Source: a bacterium
Lineage (GTDB): Bacteria > Patescibacteriota > Saccharimonadia > UBA4664 > JBBRNT01
Direction: 5' to 3'
Assembly: GCA_043767845.1 (NCBI GenBank)
Contig: JAYUFZ010000021.1
Location: 1-63,648, forward strand
Length of the DNA: 63,648 bases
This document shows positions 37,861 through 45,506 of this stretch, in pieces (positions within the stretch are counted from its first letter, which is position 1; the number at the start of each line of letters is the position of its first letter). A program made the position numbers and the translations under genes. The notes beneath the pieces are model-generated. The model made no database searches, was not told where the DNA came from, and worked only from the letters and a program-made list of their open reading frames with translations.

Positions 37861-38502
37861 CTAGACAAGGCAGAACAGTGAACCGTTGAAGGTGAGCTGA
37901 CCGGATGGCCAGATAGGCTCAGGGGCGCTTCCGATGCGCCTGCTGGCCTCGTCCTTGCGCCACTGCACGACTGGCTTGCCGTTGGATTCGATGCGCGGAA
38001 CGCGTACCTCGAGATTGAGCGAGATGGCACAAGTGTCGGGTATCACCTGGCCTTGTATGACGAAAGGGTTTTGGTAGCTCCGGGCTCGCCAGAAGTTCTG
38101 CTCACACAGTTCGGTCAGCCCGGCCCGGGCGCGCGCCAGGTGGGGCGCGTAGTGTTCTGTGATCTGGTGCGCAAAGTCGCGCCGCCAGAACAAGTAGCGG
38201 ACTGCGTAGTAGCTAGGATACTTGGGCGTGTGTAGTGCGTAACGGGCTTGCCAGAAACAGTCGTTGAAGACAAAACCGGCTGTCTCTAGTTCGTCGGGTA
38301 CGCGGCCAATGTCGAGCCGCTCGGTCGGCGGCAAGTACTGCGCGCCGATGCTAGATACTTTGGTGGCAGCCCGCTCCGCTGCGTCCTCGGCGGTTTCGGC
38401 CAGGGACTCGGGCACCCAAGCCGGGATTTGCTTCTGGTTGCTGAAACTGAATTGCAGCATGATCATACGAACGGCGGGCGAGCTGGACAAGGTTTGCTCC
38501 AA
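37861..38502 (-). CDS. Hypothetical protein
   Basis: 213-aa ORF convergent with the upstream operon; no recognised motif. Confidence 0.55.
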   Translation of the reverse strand: MEQTLSSSPAVRMIMLQFSFSNQKQIPAWVPESLAETAEDAAERAATKVSSIGAQYLPPTERLDIGRVPDELETAGFVFNDCFWQARYALHTPKYPSYYAVRYLFWRRDFAHQITEHYAPHLARARAGLTELCEQNFWRARSYQNPFVIQGQVIPDTCAISLNLEVRVPRIESNGKPVVQWRKDEASRRIGSAPEPIWPSGQLTFNGSLFCLV

Positions 38503-38618
38503 TGCAAATGGTGGGCTAGATGTAAAAGAATAACATAATATAACACAATACGTCTAAAAAAACAAGAGTACCACTTGGATTTACCTTGCTAGAATTGGGT
38601 TAGCCGGAAAAGGAGTGG

Positions 38619-39245
38619 TTGATGTCCCAGCTAGAGTTAGTCTTTGGAACAACTAATAGAGGCAAGATTGGTCAGGTCAAGGATGTGCTTGAGCCCGCAG
38701 GGATTCAGGTGATAGTGCTGAGTGACCTTGGCATAGATATGGACGTCATCGAAGATGGTCAGACAGTGGCCGAGAACGCCCGGATAAAAGCTGTTGCTTA
38801 CGCCAGCAAGATCGGCCGGCCGGTTTTCTCATTTGATAATGGCCTCTATTTCGATGAGCTGCCAGACCACTTGCAACCCGGCCTCAATGTACGGCGGGTA
38901 CCGAATGGGCCACCACGGCTCAGTGATACCCAGATGCTTGAGTACTACCTGGATCTCATTAAGCGCTACGGTGGCAGCATGAAGGGTCGCTGGGATTATG
39001 CGCTGGCAATAGCCACACCCGATGGTCGCTTGGCCGAGACCATGATTATTACGCCACGCCAGTTCAGTACCGAGGTGTGCCCGATTTCGATCGAGGGGTA
39101 TCCGCTGGAGTCGATCCAGATTGATCCCGATAGTGGCCGCTACATCGCCGGGATGAGCAAGGCCGAGCGGGCGGCTTTTTGGCAGAAAACGATCGGCGAG
39201 GATCTAGTGCGTTTTGTGCAGGAAAACCGGGCACTGCTGGGCTAA
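38619..39245 (+). CDS. Ham1/ITPase-like non-canonical purine NTP pyrophosphatase
   Basis: 'FGTTNRGK', 'EDGQTVAENARIKA', 'SFDNGLYFD', 'PG..VRR'. Confidence 0.8.
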   Translation: MMSQLELVFGTTNRGKIGQVKDVLEPAGIQVIVLSDLGIDMDVIEDGQTVAENARIKAVAYASKIGRPVFSFDNGLYFDELPDHLQPGLNVRRVPNGPPRLSDTQMLEYYLDLIKRYGGSMKGRWDYALAIATPDGRLAETMIITPRQFSTEVCPISIEGYPLESIQIDPDSGRYIAGMSKAERAAFWQKTIGEDLVRFVQENRALLG

Positions 39246-39305
39246 TTGCAAATATGCTCAATAGATAGTATACTAGGCGCTACCTTCGAGTGAGAGTAGA
39301 GACTG

Positions 39306-39749
39306 ATGCGCGGTGTAGATGTACGTTTGGTCCGTGAGGACGACGAGCTTGAGAACGCAATGCGGATCAGACAGCTGGTATTTACTGAGGAGCAGGGCAT
39401 TCCGGCCGAGCTGGACCAGGACGGACTCGACGACGAAGCAACCCATTTGGTGGCAATCACCGAAGGCATCGTCGTCGGCACCACACGAGTGCGTATGCTC
39501 GATCCAAAGACGGCCAAGGTGCAACGAGTGGCTGTGATGAGGATCTTCCGTCGGCGCGGTCTTGGTGCCGAGCTAATGAACCTCGCAGAGATCTGGGCCA
39601 AGTCTCAGAACAGAGACCCCGTCAAGGTGACGCTTGAGGCCGAGACAAGTGCCCAGCACTTCTATGAAGAGCTTGGCTACATATCCGAAGGAGAAGTATT
39701 CCAGATGGCCGGTATCGACCACATCAAAATGAGCAAGTTGCTCGTGTAG
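39306..39749 (+). CDS. GNAT acetyltransferase (ElaA/YjcF-like)
   Basis: 'IRQLVFTEEQGIP..LDQD', 'RVAV...RRRGLG..LM', 'FYEELGY', 'AGIDHIKM'. Confidence 0.9.
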   Translation: MRGVDVRLVREDDELENAMRIRQLVFTEEQGIPAELDQDGLDDEATHLVAITEGIVVGTTRVRMLDPKTAKVQRVAVMRIFRRRGLGAELMNLAEIWAKSQNRDPVKVTLEAETSAQHFYEELGYISEGEVFQMAGIDHIKMSKLLV

Positions 39750-39767
39750 CCAGCAATTGGCCAAACC

Positions 39768-39796
39768 AAAAACCGCCCACTCGTAAGAGGGGCGGT
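39768..39796 (-). terminator. Terminator between GNAT and transglycosylase genes
   Basis: accgccc-a-ctc-gtaa-gag-gggcggt; the A-run gives a U-tract on the minus strand. Confidence 0.7.
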
Positions 39797-39812
39797 CTTC
39801 AGTTTAAGGCGA

Positions 39813-40436
39813 TTATTTGTAGCCTAACAGGTAGGCAACGTTCATAACCTTGGTTACGTACCATTCGGCGTGGTTGTAGTTAAACAGGGCCGAGTGGACG
39901 TCGCCACGGGCCGCACCACCAGCGCGCAAATAATTGGCACCGGTGAAGATAGCGTCTGTAGCATTATAGATGTTTGATGTTCCGTCGCCGTTACCATCGA
40001 CAGCATAGGCACGGTAGGTACCGGGCATAAACTGCATCGGGCCCTGGGCACCGGCCGAGGAGGCAACAGCTGTGTTGCCAGATTGATTTGTCTCAATCTT
40101 ATGGACTGCAGCGATAACCTGCCAAGGCGTACCCGTGGCCTGCGAAGCAGCCAGGTAAGTGGCAGCAAAGGCCGGGTTGAGGCCAGCAGCCTTCAATTGA
40201 GCCGTGATAAGCTCAATTTGTTTCTGCTTGGCCGGAACGGCAACGGTTTGATTAAAGTCACCAACAGTTTCGCTTTTTGTAGCAAAAGCTGTGGGTGAGG
40301 TAAGGTCAAATTGTAGGGAAGCGGTCGGGGATTGGGCTTGGATCAAGGATATGGTCGCGGCCTGGGCCTGTGGCGTGGGGATCCCACTGGTCAGGAGGGC
40401 TAAGGCCACTACTGAAGATTGTAGAATCTTACGCAT
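39813..40436 (-). CDS. Secreted lytic transglycosylase (SLT_2-like)
   Basis: Signal ending AQA-A; 'WQVIAAVHKIETN' (catalytic Glu), 'SSAGAQGPMQFMPGTY', 'DGNGDG', 'ANYL', 'ALFNYN'. Confidence 0.92.
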   Translation of the reverse strand: MRKILQSSVVALALLTSGIPTPQAQAATISLIQAQSPTASLQFDLTSPTAFATKSETVGDFNQTVAVPAKQKQIELITAQLKAAGLNPAFAATYLAASQATGTPWQVIAAVHKIETNQSGNTAVASSAGAQGPMQFMPGTYRAYAVDGNGDGTSNIYNATDAIFTGANYLRAGGAARGDVHSALFNYNHAEWYVTKVMNVAYLLGYK

Positions 40437-40545
40437 AAAAGAAACTCCTTTGGAGCGCGGGTACCTTTCTCTAGAACAGAGATTATTAGTGATACCCCGG
40501 TACTAAAAAGGCTGCCAAGTAGCAGCTTTTTCAAGGACGCGGACA

Positions 40546-40574
40546 ATATTAACACATTATTGTAAATATGTCAA
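40546..40574 (-). promoter_or_regulatory. Promoter of the transglycosylase gene
   Basis: Minus strand TTGACA-17-TAATAT; ends TGTGTTAATAT like the 16848 promoter. Confidence 0.65.
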
Positions 40575-40663
40575 GTATATTAGCGTCAATACTGTAAAAA
40601 ACAATTGACAAAAATGACGTTTTGATCTTATACTGTGCCTATCCCAAGGTATGGGAGTACCAC

Positions 40664-40789
40664 TTGAAAGGTTGTGTCTTGAGAGATCAAGCAGCTGTGC
40701 AAAGCGAACTGGAAGCAGATCGCCGAGCCAAGAAGCAGAAGCCCAAGTTCGTCAACCGCCGCCCCGCCACCAGGGGAGTACGGCGATGA
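40664..40789 (+). CDS. 41-aa basic protein, first of a five-ORF operon (TTG start)
   Basis: GGGAG SD 6 nt before TTG; MKGCVLRDQAAVQSELEADRRAKKQKPKFVNRRPATRGVRR*; stop overlaps the next ATG. Confidence 0.45.
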   Translation: MKGCVLRDQAAVQSELEADRRAKKQKPKFVNRRPATRGVRR

Positions 40790-41100
40790 GCAATAGCGGC
40801 CCCCATCATTGGCAAGGTATCCGGCTCGATGGAGGGAACCCGACAGCTCGTGTTGCTTTCGGTAGACAGCAATCGGCTACCGAACTGAGCCGCCAGAAGT
40901 TCGATCAGAAGCAAGGTCTGGTCGATAAGATCATTGCTCTGCTTCGGAGCCGCGGCCAGGCCGAAGACCGAGTTCGAGGCACGCTTGTAGGGCGCAATCT
41001 CAGTGTTCAGCGGCTGAAAGAACTGCTAGAGTTCGCCGAGGCTGACGAAGTGAGCTTTCAAGCAATGCAGCGCGCTCAAGCCGGTCGAAAGGCCAGCTAA
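40786..41100 (+). CDS. Small hypothetical protein (operon ORF 2)
   Basis: GGGGAG SD and ATG 40786, in frame with track ORF 40651-41100. Confidence 0.6.
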   Translation: MSNSGPHHWQGIRLDGGNPTARVAFGRQQSATELSRQKFDQKQGLVDKIIALLRSRGQAEDRVRGTLVGRNLSVQRLKELLEFAEADEVSFQAMQRAQAGRKAS

Positions 41101-41441
41101 TGACGACAGCTCACGTTTATCGCAGCCCAGTGCGCCTCTCAGGCGGACAACGACGGCTTGAGAAAGTTAGTCGGACGATTGCTGCCAAGTATGACCACGA
41201 GAAAGCCAAAGTGCTCACGCACAAAGGCAAGAAAGATTTGATCGCGGCCATGCTCCGGGCATTGGGCCAGAGAGAACCCTATCGTATATGTGGAGTTCTG
41301 CTTTCCAGCAAGATCGGCGACGAAACACTCGATCGCACCATTGAACAGTTGGAGAACCGCATGATCACAGAAGGTCATACCGATGAGCTGGAGCAGATCC
41401 AGGCGGGCCAAGAGTCCGCTCAGCCCCGGCAGGCAGTCTGA
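41100..41441 (+). CDS. Small hypothetical protein (operon ORF 3)
   Basis: TAATG overlap with upstream ORF. Confidence 0.62.
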   Translation: MTTAHVYRSPVRLSGGQRRLEKVSRTIAAKYDHEKAKVLTHKGKKDLIAAMLRALGQREPYRICGVLLSSKIGDETLDRTIEQLENRMITEGHTDELEQIQAGQESAQPRQAV

Positions 41442-41704
41442 TGGCCCAGCCTCAGATCTCCGGTCTGGTTCACAACTGCGCCTTCAGCAATCTGGAGAAA
41501 GGATTGCAGGCCGACCGCAAGCATCGCAGCCTGTTTGCTCAGCGTCAGCAGGTCGTATCGCTACTCAGTTCTCTAGGGCGAGAAACCAACTATGTGAACG
41601 GAGTTGCCATCAAAAGCGCCCCAAAAAGCCTGCTGACTAAAGCGATTCCGCGGCTCGAAGCCGAACTCGAGGCACAACGCTCCAGTCGGCAGGTGAGCGC
41701 ATGA
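41441..41704 (+). CDS. Small hypothetical protein (operon ORF 4)
   Basis: TGATG overlap with upstream ORF. Confidence 0.62.
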   Translation: MAQPQISGLVHNCAFSNLEKGLQADRKHRSLFAQRQQVVSLLSSLGRETNYVNGVAIKSAPKSLLTKAIPRLEAELEAQRSSRQVSA

Positions 41705-41859
41705 GCAGTAGCAAGATTGGCCGAGCAGAAGTCGTTGCACGTATCCTGGAGCAGGAACCCGGTTTGACCGCCGATAAGCTTTCCTGTGTTCCCAACAAGG
41801 TCCTCCTCAAGAGAGTCAATAAGCCCAAACCCTCCACACCCAACGCCAAGGCCTCCTAG
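41701..41859 (+). CDS. 52-aa hypothetical protein (operon ORF 5)
   Basis: ATGA overlap and AGGTGA SD; MSSSKIGRAEVVARILEQEPGLTADKLSCVPNKVLLKRVNKPKPSTPNAKAS*. Confidence 0.5.
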   Translation: MSSSKIGRAEVVARILEQEPGLTADKLSCVPNKVLLKRVNKPKPSTPNAKAS

Positions 41860-41865
41860 GCCACC

Positions 41866-41918
41866 CGTCCCGCCACTACCCAGATCCTAACTGGGCGGTG
41901 GCGGGACGATTTGTTTTT
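41866..41918 (+). terminator. Terminator of the five-ORF operon
   Basis: cgtcccgccact...ggtggcgggacg stem followed by atttgttttt. Confidence 0.7.
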
Positions 41919-41933
41919 AGTTATGATGTAGCT

Positions 41934-42296
41934 ATGAATAATGATTGTATTTTTTGCAAAATTGCCCACGCCGAAGAGCGCCAGCTGATCTGGGAGAACG
42001 ACAGATCAGCAGCTTTTTACGACTTACATCCTAAGGCTCCAGTCCATGTACTGATTGTTTCACGAAAGCACTACGCCAATTTACTTGAAGCTTGCACTGA
42101 TCAAGAGATGATGGCAGGATTTTTGACTGACGCACTAGAGGTTGCCCGCCGACTAGGAGTGGAGGAAGCTTTCCGCTATCACATTAATAATGGGGAGGCC
42201 GCCGGCCAAGAAGTCCAACATCTGCACGCTCACTTACTTGCCGCTAAACCTGGTGAAACCTGGGATATGGAAGCCGTCGATCAGGCTCATTTGTAA
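41934..42296 (+). CDS. HIT-family nucleotide-binding protein
   Basis: 'DCIFCKI', 'PKAPVHVLIV', 'QEVQHLHAHLL' (histidine triad); start set by TATGAT-6nt-ATG. Confidence 0.93.
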   Translation: MNNDCIFCKIAHAEERQLIWENDRSAAFYDLHPKAPVHVLIVSRKHYANLLEACTDQEMMAGFLTDALEVARRLGVEEAFRYHINNGEAAGQEVQHLHAHLLAAKPGETWDMEAVDQAHL

Positions 42297-42403
42297 AAAG
42301 TAGTTTTGAGGTTGAAATATAGCCTCAGATAAGCTAGACTTACTTCTGTTTGACCCGCCACAAGCATAACCCGTGCGCGGTTCACCTTAAGGAGGTGATT
42401 TAC

Positions 42404-42616
42404 TTGTTGCAAGTCGTCCGTAAAGATGACAAAGAATCGCTGGAGAATTTAATCCGTCGGTTTAATAAAAAAGTTCAACAATCAGGCGTCCTCGGAATTG
42501 CTAGACGTAAGCAATATTTCGAGAAGCCACTCTCAAAGCGCGAAGAGCGCGAGATTGCTATACGCAAGAGCGCCCGCAAGGTTGCTAAAGCTCGGATGTA
42601 TTTAGGTCTTAAGTAG
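42404..42616 (+). CDS. rpsU: 30S ribosomal protein S21
   Basis: 'VRKDDKESLENLIRRFNKKVQQSG...RRKQYFEKPLSKR'; TTG start at 42404 or 42407 after AAGGAGGTGA. Confidence 0.92.
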   Translation: MLQVVRKDDKESLENLIRRFNKKVQQSGVLGIARRKQYFEKPLSKREEREIAIRKSARKVAKARMYLGLK

Positions 42617-42621
42617 CTCCG

Positions 42622-42831
42622 GTTTCCGGGGCGATATATTCATAGAAAGTGGGTTGCTAGCGCACTGGTAAGCCCTGCTTACCAGTAGAGCGCACACTTT
42701 ATAGGAATATATCGTCTCGGAAACTCGTGTATTGCGAACCAGGGTATGCACCTGTAAGCTGTGCGCTCTGTGGCCAAGCAAGCTTGGCCACGCGCTAGCA
42801 ACCCAGCAGACAGGTACATACCCTGGTTCGC
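42622..42831 (+). ncRNA. Highly structured RNA: two long hairpins with mutually complementary internal loops
   Basis: P1 42622-51/42695-724; H1 42664-86; P2 42734-61/42804-31; H2 42770-91; loop strand 42652-63 complements 42792-803 and 42687-94 complements 42762-69. Confidence 0.7.
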
Positions 42832-42834
42832 AGA

Positions 42835-42857
42835 CAGGCCCCCTGGGGTCTGTTTTT
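42835..42857 (+). terminator. Intrinsic terminator closing the rpsU/structured-RNA transcript
   Basis: caggccc-cctg-gggtctg then ttttt. Confidence 0.7.
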
Positions 42858-42889
42858 GTGTTAGAATGAGGTAAAGATTAAGGAAATAT

Positions 42890-43333
42890 ATGTCTTTCGT
42901 ACAAAAAATTAGTGATGAATTGACCGAGTCGATGCGTGGTGGTGACACCGAGCGCCTGGCAGTACTACGCTTGCTGAAAACCAGTCTCAAGAACGAGCAG
43001 ATCAAGGTCATGCACGAGCTGAGCGATGAAGAGGCGCTCAAGATTGTTATCCGTGAGGCCAAGCAGCGCCGTGACTCGATAACGCAGTTTGAGGCTGCCG
43101 GACGCAAGGATCTGGCTGATGCCGAAAAGGCCGAACTGGTATTGATCGAGCAATATTTGCCCAAGCAGTTAGACGAAGCCGAGCTTGCAAGCATAGTTGA
43201 TAAGGTGATTTCAGAAACCGGTGCTACTACCAAGGCTCAAATGGGGCAGGTTATGGGGCTGGTTATGAAGCAAACAGCTGGCGCGGCCGATGGTGGGTTG
43301 GTTTCTAAGCTCGTAGCCTCAAAGCTGGCATGA
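42890..43333 (+). CDS. yqeY: GatB/YqeY domain protein
   Basis: 'LRLLKTSLKNEQI', 'REAKQRRDSITQFEAAGRKDLA..EKAEL.LIEQYLP.QL', 'MGQVMG'. Confidence 0.93.
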   Translation: MSFVQKISDELTESMRGGDTERLAVLRLLKTSLKNEQIKVMHELSDEEALKIVIREAKQRRDSITQFEAAGRKDLADAEKAELVLIEQYLPKQLDEAELASIVDKVISETGATTKAQMGQVMGLVMKQTAGAADGGLVSKLVASKLA

Positions 43334-43794
43334 TAAGCCTCGATATTACTGGTGACTTGCCAGCCGGGCTGTCGACCAAGCCTTTGCAGACGGTTGTTGG
43401 CTTATTGAATGACCTGCCCAGCCTGACAACGGCTAGTGGTCAGGTAAATCTATTGTTTACCGGCGATGAGGAAATCCAAGCCTTAAATAATGAATACGCC
43501 GGCAATGACTACGCGACCGACGTCCTGAGCTTTAGCTATATCGAGGATGGCGGGGAAGCGATCGATGGGGTAATCGGTGAAATGGCTATTAGCCTCGAAA
43601 CAGCCGCCGTGCAAGCGGCTAAGGCAGGGACCGATCTTGATACTGAGGTGGCTCTGCTTGGCCTGCATGGTATTCTGCACATATTGGGGTATGATCATGA
43701 AGAGACCTCGGCCAAGACTTATATGGACGGCCTGCAGGCTCAGATTATGCACGAAGCAGCCTTAGACTATAGGGATTTTGGATGGCTTTCTTAG
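43330..43794 (+). CDS. ybeY: rRNA maturation RNase YbeY
   Basis: 'IQALNNEYAG.DYATDVLSF', 'GEMAIS', 'HGILHILGYDH'. Confidence 0.94.
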   Translation: MISLDITGDLPAGLSTKPLQTVVGLLNDLPSLTTASGQVNLLFTGDEEIQALNNEYAGNDYATDVLSFSYIEDGGEAIDGVIGEMAISLETAAVQAAKAGTDLDTEVALLGLHGILHILGYDHEETSAKTYMDGLQAQIMHEAALDYRDFGWLS

Positions 43795-44147
43795 TTAGCT
43801 TGCGATATGCCTTAATTGGCCTCTGGTATATCCTCAAATCCGAGCGCAATGCCCGGATACACCTACTCGCGGCCGGCGCTGTATTTAGCCTTGGCCTATT
43901 TCTGGGCCTTTCCAATGCTGAGCTAGCGGCTATTTTCTTCGCCATATTGCTGGTTTTTCTGGCCGAGATTATGAACACTGCTATTGAGAAGACGCTTGAT
44001 TTGATAGACTCCAAGCGACGGCCGGAAATTAAGCTCATCAAAGATATGGCGGCCGGCGCGGTGCTGGTGGCGGCCGTGGGGGCTACGATCATCGGCACAG
44101 CTATTTTTTACCCTTATGCATTGGAGTTTTTGTGGCAGCACCGGTAA
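43782..44147 (+). CDS. dgkA: Diacylglycerol/undecaprenol kinase (DgkA family)
   Basis: 'ERNARIH', 'EIMNTAIEKTLD', 'KDMAAGAVL'; ybeY-dgkA synteny. Confidence 0.92.
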   Translation: MAFLVSLRYALIGLWYILKSERNARIHLLAAGAVFSLGLFLGLSNAELAAIFFAILLVFLAEIMNTAIEKTLDLIDSKRRPEIKLIKDMAAGAVLVAAVGATIIGTAIFYPYALEFLWQHR

Positions 44148-44674
44148 TAGTGATGATTGGCGCGCCCGGGGCGGGTAAGGGGACACAGAGCGATATTTTA
44201 GCCAAGCGGCTGGGTGGTGTGCACCTTTCCAGCGGCCAGATTTTACGCGATAGTGCCGATCCGCAGCTAGCGGCCACAATGGCCCGGGGTGAGCTTGTGG
44301 ACCTGGATTCACTTAAGCGTGTGGTAGGACCCAGGCTTGCACAGGTACCGACCAATGTGCCCATGGTCCTCGATGGCTTTATTCGCCTACCTGAGGATGA
44401 AGCTTGGCTGGCTCGGCAATTGGGCAAGGTCGGGAGGGTGATCAATAAAGTTGTTTATCTGGAGATCGATGAGGCAGAGGCGGATAAGCGCAACATCGCT
44501 CGCCATCGCGGCGATGATAATGGCGCAGTCTTGAAGCGCCGGTGGGCAGACTTTCGTCATCAGACTATGCCGGTGATCGAGTCCTTACGCAACGCCGGAC
44601 TGCTGGTAACTATTGATGGTCACGGCACGTTTGATGAAGTCGCGGCTCGGATTCATGAGGCGCTTGGTGACTAG
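44132..44674 (+). CDS. adk: Adenylate kinase (short LID)
   Basis: 'IGAPGAGKGTQS', 'HLSSGQILR', 'LDGFIR', 'RGDDN'. Confidence 0.85.
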   Translation: MAAPVIVMIGAPGAGKGTQSDILAKRLGGVHLSSGQILRDSADPQLAATMARGELVDLDSLKRVVGPRLAQVPTNVPMVLDGFIRLPEDEAWLARQLGKVGRVINKVVYLEIDEAEADKRNIARHRGDDNGAVLKRRWADFRHQTMPVIESLRNAGLLVTIDGHGTFDEVAARIHEALGD

Positions 44675-45407
44675 AATAAAAACAATAACTGAGATCCAGG
44701 CGATGCGCGAAGGTGGTAAGATCCTCGCCGCGGTGCTTGGGTACCTGCAGAAACAGCTGGTGGCTGGCATTACCCCGAAGGAATTATCAGCTTTAGCGGA
44801 AAAGGAGCTCTTGAGGCTTGGCGGATCACCTGTCTACGTTGAAGACTTCCCAGACATTATGTGTATTTCGGTCAACGACCAGGTCCAGCACGCGATTCCT
44901 TCCACCGATCCACTGGAGCTGGGCGATATTGTAAATTTCGACTTTTGGATGAGCTATAAGGGCATGATTACCGATGCTGGTGTGACAGTTGGCGTTGATG
45001 AGATCTCGGCCGATGCCGCCCGACTGATCGAGGCCACCCGGTCGGCGCTCTACAAGGCTATTGCCGTGCTCAAGGATGGTGTGCGGGTGGGGGATATCTC
45101 GGCGGTTATCGAGGCTCGTTTGCGCCAAGATCGGCTGGGAATTGTTAAAGACCTCTCCGGGCACGGCGTCGGCCACGAGCTGCATGAGGAACCTGGTATT
45201 CCCAATTTCGGCCGTGTCGGCAAGGGGCCAATTCTAAAAAGTGGCATGACCATTGCTATCGAGCCAATAGCCAATCTGGGTAGCGGTCGGATTTACGTCG
45301 AGCCCGATAATTGGACGCTAGTCTCGGCCGATGGCAGCTGGTCGTCACAACATGAGCATACGGTGCTCATTACTGATAGCGGCTCAGAGATATTGACCAA
45401 GCTCTAG
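44667..45407 (+). CDS. map: Methionine aminopeptidase type I
   Basis: GTG start 44667 (MTRIKT); 'CISVNDQVQHAIP', 'GHGVGHELHEEP', 'AIEPI', 'SSQHEHTV'. Confidence 0.96.
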   Translation: MTRIKTITEIQAMREGGKILAAVLGYLQKQLVAGITPKELSALAEKELLRLGGSPVYVEDFPDIMCISVNDQVQHAIPSTDPLELGDIVNFDFWMSYKGMITDAGVTVGVDEISADAARLIEATRSALYKAIAVLKDGVRVGDISAVIEARLRQDRLGIVKDLSGHGVGHELHEEPGIPNFGRVGKGPILKSGMTIAIEPIANLGSGRIYVEPDNWTLVSADGSWSSQHEHTVLITDSGSEILTKL

Positions 45408-45506
45408 CCTTAGGGTGCTATAATGGATTAAAGCTTTGTTCAGCTGCTTGCCCAAGACGGCTTCGAACACTATAATTAAGCAGATATAAGCTAGTCAGGA
45501 TAAGAC

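Noticed and set aside
40651-40785. ORF-track start at 40651 for the 149-aa ORF
   Set aside because: An SD-backed ATG at 40786 and an overlapping 41-aa ORF in another frame explain the region better.
42622-42857. Identification of the structured RNA as tmRNA, RNase P RNA, SRP RNA or tRNA
   Set aside because: It lacks tRNA-like ends and a tag ORF, the GGAAAGUCC P4 motif, the SRP helix-8 GGAA motif and any cloverleaf.
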